This document shows, in pieces, positions 1 through 12,445 of a DNA stretch of 64,000 nucleotides. Where the stretch lies: positions 7,812,001 through 7,876,000 of the forward strand of contig OZ176056.1 in assembly GCA_964247055.1 (NCBI GenBank), in the 5' to 3' direction. The notes beneath the pieces are model-generated. The model saw only the letters and a program-made list of their open reading frames with translations, had not been told where the DNA came from and searched no databases. Numbering within the stretch: position 1 is the stretch's first letter; the number at the start of each line of letters is the position of its first letter. This DNA comes from Paragordius varius (taxonomy: Eukaryota; Animalia; Nematomorpha). A program made the position numbers and the translations under genes.

Positions 1-94
1 CTAAAAATACTATACCTCAAAAACTACATTTTGACCCAAAGGTTTACATAAAAATTTAATTTTACAGGAAAACATATATAATGTAAGAGCACAG

Positions 95-3000
95 CTACGA
101 CATTAAATTATAAAATAAATTGGCAATCGATTCCTCTTCGGAATTCGGAGTCGAATTTGATTCGGTCTTTGGAGAAGTTGTGATGCTGCAAACTAGTTTA
201 TGGTGCGTCCAATGTTTAACTTGACAATCTTTGCTACAATACCAAACTGCGCGACATTTACCACATAACATTAGCTTTTTGATTACCGCGTTGTTATTTT
301 GGTTTTTATTATTGTTCTTATTTATATTTGCATTCGAAAGAGTTTTGTTTTCATCAATCTGGGTATTATTGTTTGGTTCAAAATCACAATTTTTACATTT
401 CAATCCCTCATCCCTGCAAATAATATATCTATGAGCATAAACTAAATAATAATTAGAGATTAAAATCACAAATTAGCTCTTTTTATAAAATATTAAATTT
501 TGTTAACCGGTAAGCATTTTCAATACAATTTTGTTAACCGGTAAACTTCCTTTAAAAAAAAAATCATCCACAACTACAATTGTTATTCAGTTATAAAAAT
601 TTAAAAATGTATGGCCATCTTCAATAATAGTTTTTTTAGTTTTTCTATTTGTATTTATGTATTTAATTTTTACTGTAATAAAAAATATGGCATACTCTTT
701 GCACAAAGTGCACATACACCTGAATTTATGTGAATGCCATAATTTCAGCCTTCGGCTTTTTAAATACATTTCGCTTTCAATGAAACCAATGTAACTTGTG
801 GTAATCTCTTGGCCTTGTGGGATAAACCGTTTTGATAAACAATGCAAACCAATTGAATTATTTTTCTTGGAGCTATGGACATAAAAATACTTGTAAAAAA
901 TACAATTGATTAAAATAATAACTTTGACTGCTATTTAAAGTAACCAAAGGCTTATCAAAGATAAATAATATGGTATTGATTTAAAATTTTCATATAGTTA
1001 GTTATCCCAAATAATGATACAAACCTATAGATTCAAATTATTTTATATGTGTGTATTTGCGAATCTACAAAAAAGTAAATATATCAAACTTGGTGATTCC
1101 AATTTTTTTTGAAATGTCGTCCGATGCAGAGTTTGAAATTATCGAATTACGGTCACAACTATGGTTAATGCAGGATTGAATGACAAAAATCCCAGAAAAC
1201 TCGGGATCTTTCATATAATTTTTCTCGGCCATTAGTTGGAACCTCGTTAAAAAAGCGAAGGCATTTTGAGGGCAATGTATACCTAATTGACTATACAAAG
1301 ATTTCATATCATCTACAAAGAGATGAGAAGCGAAAGCTTGTTCATTCTTCATTATAATAAAGCATATAAGGGCAAATTCCCTGTCAGAAAGTTTGAAAGC
1401 TTTAACATTGTTTGGATTGGTAAGGAGGTCAAATATATTTTTGGTATGATGCATAGTTTGCATACAAACGCTTATTTGCAACTCACTTGCGGAGGATGTA
1501 AAGGATCCCAAAATTTTACGTATAATGTAAAACCCTAAAATGGACATCTCATTGCCAAAGGGTAAATGGTTTTCACTATCTTTGCCTCCGGCCTTGGATT
1601 TATTTGTGATTAAAGTTTTACAATAGCTATTACGATTTATATCTTTGATACCTTGGCAAATTATTTTAATTAAAATTAGGGGATTGGTATTTGATGGCCA
1701 GCCTGGTTGATGAGTATCCTTTAACGATAGTTGAAACAATTCTTTGAATTTTGTTTTGGCACTTTCCAAATCCTCTCGTCCTTTATGGTTAGGATTTTTG
1801 GTGCAAACAAAGGAATGGAAAGACTTCCAACTGTTTTTTCTGCATTCATTTGAGCAATAAAACTCTTCATGACATTCATCGCAAGGAATAGATTGCTTGT
1901 AGCATTCAGACCATTTCTAAAATATATAAGTACAATTAATTATTTTCCTCTCGTAATGCTGTTTATTTGGCAATGAATAAAATATATACCAAATAATTTA
2001 ACGGTTTTCTTTGGTAAAGATTAATAAGATACCTCTTTTATCGTTACAATTAAAAATTCAATTAAAGAAACAAGTAATAATAAAACAACTGTTGGATATT
2101 GTGTTTATATTTTAATTTTATTTTTACGTTTGACAAAGATTACTTGGAGTAATCGAAATATCATAATAAATTTATATAATTTTTGCTGAATTATTGCATA
2201 TATAATAAAACTACTGTTTTTTGTATCAAAAACATTATTTTTTGCCATCAAATTATGTAATAAAAAACAAGATAGGGTTAAAATATGGTTTTATTTACAA
2301 ATTTATTAGTTTTTTAAGTTTTGTCTTTGTTATTCTGATTTTTACTGTTTATCATTTTAAAAAGCGTTTACATTGATTTGGGCATAACACACCATCATTA
2401 TAATTAATTGAATCTTTTATTAACGCAACAAGCTTATATAAACAATTCACATTTGAAGTCAAAATTAGACCATATCTTAATTTTTATTATTTTCACATTG
2501 AATTAAATAAATTATAATACCACATCAGAATTCATAGCTGTGAAGATTTTCATATCTTCAGTGGAAAAAAAATCTTGCATGGCAAAATACTTGGAACAAT
2601 AGGCACAAAACATATTGACCGATGCACCTTAGTTTTAAAACAAAAAAATTATTAATATGTTCAAGTTTATTACATTAGCATTTTTAATAATATATGCATA
2701 AAAATGGGGTTTAGTAAGGAATGAAATGCAAATTTAACTCACTGATTAGATTTGCAGTAATTAAATTCTAAATATCCTAAATACACGCTTGCAAAAAATC
2801 GGCGTCTTTTGAATAACCCTGAAAAAATAGGCTGGATTCTATGGTGCTTGTGGTTTACGACTCATTAAAGAGTGAGAGATTGGCTTTATGTTATAATAAG
2901 TGGACATTTTGGTTGTCAATGTTAACATTAAAAAAAGTAAAAAAATATTTTTTTTGTATCAGCCTCAACAATTGCATATTATTAAGTGGTTAGATGATCT

Positions 3001-4974
3001 GGCTTTGGCCTTAAATAAACGCAAAAAATGAGATTATGTCGCAATTATGCTATATTGTTATTACATCTAAATCTATGATCTTGAAAGCGTTAAATTTAAT
3101 TATGGCAAAATTTGGTTAAAGCCATATTTTTGGTACCTTTAAGCATGAAACATTTCAAAATATAATATTACTAAAACAATGCTAGCTCATTAAATAGCTA
3201 GATAGCATTAATAATAATATTTTGAAGCTAATGCATACAGAAAAAATGGTAGTTTTTTAGCTACCTCATCCTCTTAGCAAAGAAAACTTGCAATTAGTTA
3301 TACTGTAAAATACCGAACACTCAGATTTAATAATTTTCGTTATCCTACACTGTAAAATGCCGAACATCTCAGATTATATTCTTTACCCTAAAATAAATTT
3401 ATATTTTAATTTAATTAAATTAAGCGAAGAAAAACAGTATTTATCTATTTGGCTCTGTAATATTTTTAAACTTTTTACCGCTTTGATCAAAAAATATGTA
3501 CTTTCCTAAGAAATCAATAATTATGTTATTCAATATGTTGCACACCGGCTTCAACACATTTCGCCTATCATTCAAGTATATATAAATGCCGCAGTAAAAC
3601 TGATTATCTTAGCTCGAATCTATTTTCCTGCGTCATCGAATTAATTAAATGCTGCTCTGGAGTGTGCCCATGCGAAGTTTATTAGTGAGATAGCGCAAGG
3701 TGAAGAAAGATCAGAGCTTGCAACAGAATTCCGCATGGAAGCGATTTAAAGGTGTCTTTGACTGGTTTTGCCTTGTGAGAGACTGAGCATTGTTATTGAA
3801 TAAAATAATTTTACCATGTCTTCCTGCGCCATTTACGATTAATGCATGGCTTGAAATAGTTTGTTGTCGATAGCATTGATTAACAGTTTTACCAGGTTCC
3901 AAAAGAATATGCTTTGTTGTTTGGTGTACCAGAACGCTGATACTTTTTCACATGAAATCACTATTATCATAATTTCGAAACCATATTTTACATGGGTTAG
4001 TCAACAGAGCATATTTCCCATATGTTCCCGCTAGTGAAGGATTATTTCAACAACCTTTTTCTTCTGATAGCAATGCGGGCAGCAAATTTTTTAGGCACGA
4101 AATTCAACATGATTACAGAATGTTAAAATATAGACGATGGTTATTGCCATGTGTGTTTGTCTATTAATGTCTGTGTCAAATTAAGAGTCTGGTGGGTTTC
4201 GCAGACGTTTTCCCTTACTTAAAGCGGTAATTATTTATGACTTCACCTGTTATATTATAAATTTTATGATCTCCCTATTATTATATTACTCATTCTAATT
4301 ATTTAATTAATTTAAATTACGATTAAGTAAAAATTAAATAAATATAATTACAATTTGTTGTCCTTGGAGCAAAAAATAGGGGATTTTCAACAAATATACA
4401 TGTATCAGCATCAATGTTTTTCGTTGCAATTAACTTTTTCCCCATTATACCAATGCTGTTAAAATTAATTTCTCTTGTAATAAAATCAATTAAAACATTA
4501 AATTAAATAACATCTCCGATTGAGAAATATGATTTTTATTTTTAACTGATTTATGGAGGTTAGTTATATATTAAGCCTCATTTATACGAAAAATTTATAG
4601 CAATTATTTTTATTGGTTATTATTTTTATTTGAAAATACCTAATTTTGATAGGAAATTTTTGTAGCGAAGATTGCGAGATAGCTATGAGTGACATTTCAT
4701 ACAGGGTCGTTGCTTTAACAGGAAAACCAGCCTCCTTTTTACATGGCATCACGTGGTTATAATCGTAAAAAAGATTATTTTTCAGCATATATTGAGCTAC
4801 ATTATATTTTACTATGACTGGTTTATCCTTCAACAATTTTAACAATTGACTTGATTCAAAAATTTCTAAATTATATAAAGTATTACCTAATTTTGCAGGG
4901 TCATCATGCCTGATTCTTGTGATATATGACCATTCAGGTTCTGAGAATAAAATTTTAAAAATTTCAAAGGACAT
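95..4974 (-). CDS. SMYD5: SMYD5-like SET/MYND lysine methyltransferase with an extra C-terminal MYND finger (6 exons, about 627 aa)
   Basis: Exons 4974-4640, 4455-4352, 2627-2521, 1916-1090, 872-696, 428-95; all junctions GT-AG with matching phases. Motifs: N-SET GKKLIATKNI..IFVENPL; internal MYND FCAYC...CDEC..YCSNEC..W..FH...C; SET core SGIFVIQSCINHSC (SMYD5 has SGLFVLQSCCNHSC); EITTSY; post-SET FRCMCTLC; C-terminal MYND CKNC...CGKC..WYCSKDCQ..HW..HK..C. Orthology to SMYD5 is judged from motif similarity only. Confidence 0.85.
3530..4200 (-). mobile_element. Degenerate mariner (Mos1-like DD34D) transposase relic inside SMYD intron 2
   Basis: Frameshifted fragments PGKTVN..YRQQ, GRHGKIILF (mariner RHGKVILLHDNA), LALSH**..HGHT..EQH (LAPSDYHLFASMGHALAEQ) and KCVEAGVQHIE* (KCVASDGKYFE*). 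Many stops; end points approximate. Confidence 0.7.
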
Positions 4975-7553
4975 GTAAAAAACTAAAAACCAAAACCAAT
5001 TTTTTTAAAAAAAAATTACGTCCAAATATATCGTAATTATTTTTGTTGATTTAGAATTTGTTTTTTTTGTATTGTTTATTACGACCATCCTCGTTACCTG
5101 ACAAACTATTAACTGGTTTTAGCGTTTATATTCAAATTTAACACAGCTTCTTACACATGAACATGGTCGAGTATTGACTTATATTTATCTCCCTGACTTG
5201 AAGTATTTCGGTGAGGCGGGCTCAATAAAACTTAAGTAAATGGTTTAAATAAGATCAAATGTCTCATTTGAACTACCATTTTTTTGACTAAATTTTTTTT
5301 CAGATTTCATGACTCAAAGCGCAATAATGAAACTATGTTTGGAGACAGTTATATACATTTGCAGGTTTAAGTTTCAATGCTGATTTACATGGTAAAAAAT
5401 AATTTATATTCATGCAAAGGTTAAGATTTAATTATTGATTGATTCAAGTGAAAAATCCATATGTCGAAACTGACTTGTAAAATTTTCAATTATATGGTTA
5501 TAGTTGTTTTTAGAATAGAAAAATCCAATTATTATATATAAATGACCATGATTTTTTAACGTGTACGTAAAGCCAGTAAAATTTGGAATTATTTTTATAA
5601 ATTTTTATCCACTTAAATTAGAAAAATATAAGTTTATTAAACAATGCTAGGCAACTGTGATTATCTGGCAACGTTTGTGCATTAACCCCTTTAAAATCCC
5701 CTCAAAATAGAAGTATACAAAAATCGTATTTTTAATAATTATCCCAATGACCATATAAAATCAATAATAATTTTTTTACGAATGCGTCGTATAGGCTTAT
5801 TTTTTGTGTCAACTCCCGTATTAGGGTGCTTCTGAAGTTTCAAAATTCATCTAAAAACAATTGAAAAAGCGAATTGCCAATCTTATGCATTTTAAATAAA
5901 TCAGTTTTGGTTACCCCATCAAGATTTTTTTATCAACGCATTTTTAAATTATATCGGGTATGGGTGTATCCGTTGTAATATATGACACCAAAATTTAACA
6001 ATATTTTAAGGCTAATTGAGAAAATTTATCAAATAATATGGATTCAATAATAATTTTATGCAAAAATTTAAGCCGGAGGCCTTTTAAAATTAACCCCTTG
6101 ATAAGGTGCCCCAACTCTCTGAAAAATATCTTACATATATAGGGATTCAAGAATGGTTATTTCCAGTAAAGGCAAAAATATGGCAAGATCTTATAAAATT
6201 AATTTTTTGGCAGGGCTTTTACCTCATGTTAAATACTCAACCATAAGAAAATTACATAGGTCCACGAGGGGAAAACACGCATAGAAGGTGAAGAATACCA
6301 TAATTTACTTATCCGCAGTTTATTGCTTAAACATTTTGACTAAGTCAATGCGACGCATGCACATCTAATAAAAATATAAAATGAAAAACAAATTTTATCA
6401 AATTTAAAATCTTAGTCATGGGCTCCGAAAGACTTATATCTGATAATTCAGCATTTATTAAAATTTCGTACGACATCTTGGCATTTTTGGATTTATATAG
6501 CAAAGAGGCTCTATTTGAGCCTTTCAGAGTCCACACATAAAAATATTGTTTTGACTTTAAAAATACGACACATATAATATTTATGAATGAATCATTTATC
6601 TTAGCTTTCAGTAAAAATATGATGGAATTTTGCCATTTTTCGATATGGGTTATTCATAAAGTGGTAGATCAATTTTTAAATTTCAAGTTATATTAAAAAT
6701 CAAAAGCATCACTGTCCTGTTATTTATCTATTTAAATAAATATTTTATCAGGATATAAGACCTCACCCTTTTGAATATGACAGTGTTATATGGGTTTAAA
6801 CAAAATATTAATAAAACATAGCTATGTTTAAAATATATTTTGTTTCCAAACTAAGCAGATATTTTGACAGATATAAGGAATTCGATAAAAGACAACAAAT
6901 AAAATGAATGGCAACAGAACAAAGGGCTAGGCATTCGCTGAGCGGATACCTTTAACTCTTTCTTAAATTCATAGCGTAAAATATATATGGATTACAATTC
7001 AAAAAATTATATAGACTTAATAAGAAGTATCTATCTAACATCTTTTAATCAATTAAAAATAAATATTATAATGCTCAATAACCTATTAAAAACCCATAAA
7101 TTGTGAAAATATTTATTTTTAATTTTGTTTTTAAACTAATAGGTTAATTTAAATCGATCCGTGAATTATTTCAACTGCGTACTAAACAGCCGAGCTATGT
7201 TGATTATATGTGAGATAGCGATTTCTTCCACCAATTCTACTTATCACTCCAAAACAATAATCATAATACATGGTGTAATAGAGCTTGATACGGACGAAAC
7301 TGAACGGACCTAGGGACATAAATAAAACAGTGTCCACGAAAATATCCCCTGATGAAATAGATATAATCTATAAATGTATTACGATTATCATGGTATGCTT
7401 TTGGTTTTAATGCTTAACACTTGGATACAACACATTCATTTTAGTCCTTCCATTCGAATTGGGGTAGTTAAATTTTTAGGCCTGAAATAAATTCTTTAAA
7501 AAATATGGAGGAAATCGACACCATGGGAAAATTTTGCACTTATATAACATTAA

Positions 7554-8106
7554 CACTTGGATACAACACACTCATTTTAATCCTTCGATTCAAATTGGGG
7601 TAGTTGGATACCCCAGGTCTGTTTAAAATCAAATACCTTAAAAAGTATGGAAGGAATCAAAACCATGACAAAATTATTCACTTATATAGCATTAATAAAC
7701 CGAAATATATAAAAAAATTTATTCAAATTAATATTACTTATTTTATGCCGAAACCCAAAGGTAAAAATTTCGCCAACGTGACATGTGTGAGATTATAAAG
7801 TTAAAAAATAATACAACAAAACCGCTCTTTTGTAATTTAAATTAAAAATAAGCTTTAATTTTAAATTAAAGTTAAATGAAGACGATATTTTGCAAAAATT
7901 TTGTAAAATAAAAATGGCGTCGAAGTAGTTTGACATGTAACTTTTTTTCTAAAACATAATTTTTAAAATATTTTGGCATATTTCTATAATTTTTATTAGG
8001 ATAGAAGCATAAATTTAAATTGGGACCGTTTCCTTCAGTAGTTATTTTAAAATATAAATTTAAATTTAGTCTGGGGTATTTAGATACCCCAATTTGAATC
8101 GAATTG
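7554..8106. mobile_element. TTAA-flanked MITE (piggyBac-like), family with CACTT...AAGTG termini
   Basis: Starts ttaa|cacttggatacaacac and ends gaattg|ttaa; internal sequence shared with 9026-9595 and 30118-30494; partial copies at about 7415-7550 and 8110-8535. Confidence 0.55.
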
Positions 8107-9025
8107 TTAATAAACCGAAATTATAATATTTTATTCAAAAATACTCGATATTACTTATTTAAAGCTAAAACCGAAAGGTAAAAATATAGTCAACGTGACA
8201 TGTGTGCAATGGTAAATTGAACAATAATACAAAATAAACCGCTTTCTCTATTTATATCAATGTTTGTAATTTAAATAAAAAATTATTAATTATACTTTTA
8301 ATTTTAAATGAAGACGCTATTTTGCTGAAATTTTTTTAAAAAAATGGCGTCGAAGTAGTTTGACATGGAACTTTTGTTTAAAAAAATTTTATTTAGATAT
8401 TTTGGCATATTTATATAATTTTTATTAGGTTAAAAGCATAATTTAAATTAGAACCGTTTCCTTCAGTAGTTTTTTAAAAATCTTTACCCAAATTCTGGGG
8501 TTTTTAGATACCCCAATTAAAATTGAATTGTTAAGAGTGATTATAACTTATTATCTTCTGGAGTAGTTTTATATGCCATGGCTATTTAATAAAAATATTT
8601 TTTATATGGGATGCTTTTTACCCTTTTAGCCACATGATGCAAACATTTTTTAGAAAACAGCTAAATTATAAAAAATCCTCTCTAATTTTACACTGCCATT
8701 TTATTTTTTGTCAAAAGCGTGAAAACAAGGGCAAAACGCAGGTTAATAAATACTAATAATATATGAAAGCAAAATACATTTTACCAGAAATTTAAATTTT
8801 TTAATGTAAGCTGGTCGTTTTAATCTTCTTTTAAAGATATCTGAATTCGGATTCTGGAAGTTAGAAAACTGTAAATACGACTTTTTTATATCTAATATGG
8901 GGAAATAATTAAATTTTATCAACACCCAAAACAGTAGTTTGTTCACTATTTTAAATTACCCCAAACTTTATCGCGTAAAACGTACTGAAGCGTTTTAATT
9001 GTGGAGGTACTATGGGCAAAATTAA

Positions 9026-9595
9026 CACTTCGATTCAAATTGGGGTATCTAAATACCCCAGATAATATTTAAATTAGATTTTTTAAAAAAAACTGAAAGA
9101 AACGGTTCCAATTTAAATTTATGCATCTATCCTAATAAAAATTATATAAATAAGCCGAAATATCTAAATAAAATTTGGTTTTAAAAAAAAGTTTCATATC
9201 AAACTACTTGGACGTCATTTTTATTTAACAACATTTTAATATCGTGTTTTTTTGATTTTAAAGCAAAAATAAAAGCTAATTTTTTATTTATATTACATCT
9301 AACATTGATAGAAACAGAAAAAGGGGTTTATTTTCCTTTATTTTTAAATTTAGCTTGTGCACACATGTTATGTTGACTTAATTTTTACTTTGAGGTTTTA
9401 CCTAAAAATAAGTAATATCAAGTATTTTCGACTGAAATTTTTTATATATTTTGATTCATTAATGTTATAAAAGTGCAAATTATTGCCATAGTTTCAATCC
9501 ATTCCATATTTTTTGAATTATTTAATTTTAAACAGGCCTGGGGTTCTACCCCAATTTTAATCGAAGGACTGAAATGGATGTGTTGTATCCAAGTG
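9026..9595. mobile_element. TTAA-flanked MITE (piggyBac-like)
   Basis: TTAA at 9022-9025 and 9596-9599 flanks CACTT...AAGTG termini; it is a reverse-orientation relative of 7554-8106. Confidence 0.65.
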
Positions 9596-9780
9596 TTAAT
9601 ATAGGAAGGTTCCAATATGATATTAAAATAACCATATGTAAGCCCGTATGGATGAACAGTTTTAGTTCGGCTGATAGCCTAAAACCAAATTTGCGTATAA
9701 AGCGAAATAATTCTATTACATCTAAATATTTTGATGCAAAATCTAATCTATCTCAAGTTTTTAATGCGTAATAGTTGTAG

Positions 9781-11749
9781 AATTGTTCATTTGGTCTGTA
9801 TTTTGAGGATGGGGTCAGAAAAATTGATTACGTGTTAGTTTATAAACAACCACTCTTTATTTCTGATGAGCACGATGTAAAACGTCAACAAAAGCGCTTT
9901 ATATATGAAAGGAATTTAGAAAAAGAAGGATTACAGATTGAAAAAACTAATCCTAAGGTTGGTCATTCTTATTATATTTTAGGAAAATTCATCGCGATAT
10001 GTCTTTGTCAAAATACATGCCCCTTTCCCCATTTTATGTAAATATGCTCAAATGATGAACATTAAAATGCCGATAAAGGTTTTTATTAACATTTTTTTCT
10101 TTTTCTCACTGATACATAAATTTAAATCAGAGGTTTCCAACCCCCAGTCGTCTGAGATATCATGTGCGGTTGGCGTAAGATTCGGAAACCAAATAAATGA
10201 GATATACACAATTTCAAAATATTCTGATATCTTTGCTAAATTTTTATTTCTTTAAGAATCGATCAGCATTGATATCCAAAAATGGGGGAATTAATAGCAG
10301 TTTTCTTTTTTTAAAATTATTTTACAATGTAGTCTAATAAAATTTATTAAAATTTAGTTTTAATGCGGCCCGCGAAGCTATTTGTGTTGTAGATTCCTGG
10401 CAAAAATCGTATTATATATTTGCTTGCTCAGTTTTTTATTAATTCTTTTTGAAAATTAATTTTTATAACTTATGATTATTTATTTTTTGCAATAATTATA
10501 TCTCCATTTTTTTCAAGCTTTCGAATATTAACTTACTATTTTTAATAAATGGAATTTTTGATATACTGTTTTTATATTTAAACAAATATTTTTTCAATAT
10601 TAATTAGCACTGTTCTTTAAGAAATTAAAACTCAATAGTTTTTAAATATGATGCCACTTTGAAATAAAACGCCTGAATTATTATAAATTTTAAATTAAAA
10701 CTATCAAATTTCACTTTTCAATACTTTTTTTCCTTTTTCTATTAAATTTTATCTTGGAAATTTTTTTTAAAAAAAAGAAGTTGTAAGAATTTATATTTAA
10801 ATTACCAGAATCTTGATATCAAAATTTTTTTTCTTATATATATACCTGAGAGTATAAAAATAAATTATAATATATATATATATATATATACCATTTACAG
10901 TTCAAATTCACCCTTGAACAATTCAAATTCACCTTTAAACAATTGAAATTGACCCTAAAAATAAATTATGTATTTTCGAACTAATATAACTCATTATTAA
11001 TATAAAATATATGTTTATGTTATAGTTTATTATTTTTTCAGTATTATTTTAATTTAAACAAAATTTTATTTTTTAAAATATATAAATATATTGGTAATTT
11101 TTAATCTTAAAAAACATGTTATTTTATTTGAGGGTAAATTTGAATTGTTTAAGGGTGAATTTGAATTGTTTAAGGGTCAATTTGAATTGTTTAAGGGTGA
11201 AATTGAATTGTAAATGGTATATATATATATATATAATATATAATTTATATATATTTTACTTAGGAGGATAGCTTTGAAGTGAATAATAGCACAAACGCCA
11301 TCTCCAATTTTTGCAATAAACATTTCCGAAACCCATTTAAACTGCCCCCGGAATATAAACCGAGGGAAAGACAATTTTTTACATGCCCTTTTAATCTGGA
11401 TTATATTACTAGGTTTTTTTTTCATTATTATAACAACTTTTTATAATTTTGTTTTAAAAATTGAAATATTATAAAATATAAAATTATTCATAAGCAAACC
11501 ATACTTTTTAAACACCTTAATTTATTATTTAACCTATGGTTTTTGGATTCGTAAAATAGGGAATAGCCATGTAAATTGACAACACACTTTATTTATAGTC
11601 GATTATTTGTGATCATATAAAATAAAATACTATATTAGTTTTTTTAACCATTTATGCATTTTAATGTCTATTGTTTTTTTAAAAATCCTATAATTGAATT
11701 AGTCAGCCATAAAGTTTGATAATTTTGGTGTAATTTATATCCTATTTAG

Positions 11750-11781
<32 letters not shown>

Positions 11782-12397
11782 TGCCATTATTAAAAATGTT
11801 TAATATGAGAATTCTAATTCAATCATTTTTACTATAAAAAATATTTGCAATTTTATCCGTTATATATTCCACAAAATGAAAATTTTATTTTGATTTTAAG
11901 CGCTAAATACCATTTACATCTCTAATTCACCCTTGAACATCCAATTTAAATTCACCCTCAAATGAATCATGTATCGTTGAATAGTTAAATTTCCTTATAT
12001 TTTTTACATTTTTAAAATTAATTCGTTTAACCTTAACATAAGACTGAATAGACTCTGTTATAAAAAAATATTTATCTTATGAAAACGCATAAGGATGAAA
12101 TTGTTTGAGGGCAATTTGAGGTTTAAGTGGTATATATTTATAAATATATATACCTACCATTTACAATTCATATTCACCCTTAAACAATTCAATTCACCCA
12201 AAAATAATATTATGTGTTTTCGGGCTAATATACAGCATCATTAATTGAGATATATATCTTAATGGCATATATTATTTTTTCAGTATTATTTTGATTTTAT
12301 ACAAAATTTTACTTTTTAAAAATATAAAAATATAATTTTTTTAATCTTAAAAACACATAATATATTTTAGGTGAATTTGAATTATTCGAAGTTGAAG

Positions 12398-12445
<48 letters not shown>

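Noticed and set aside
231-1538. Plus-strand ORFs 231-434 and 1287-1538 (also 34753-35065, 50193-50414, 50721-50945, 17695-17880)
   Set aside because: They are antisense shadows of real coding exons.
3711-3902. 63-aa ORF as a SMYD exon or small gene
   Set aside because: It is a frameshifted mariner transposase fragment, and the SMYD exons join in phase without it.
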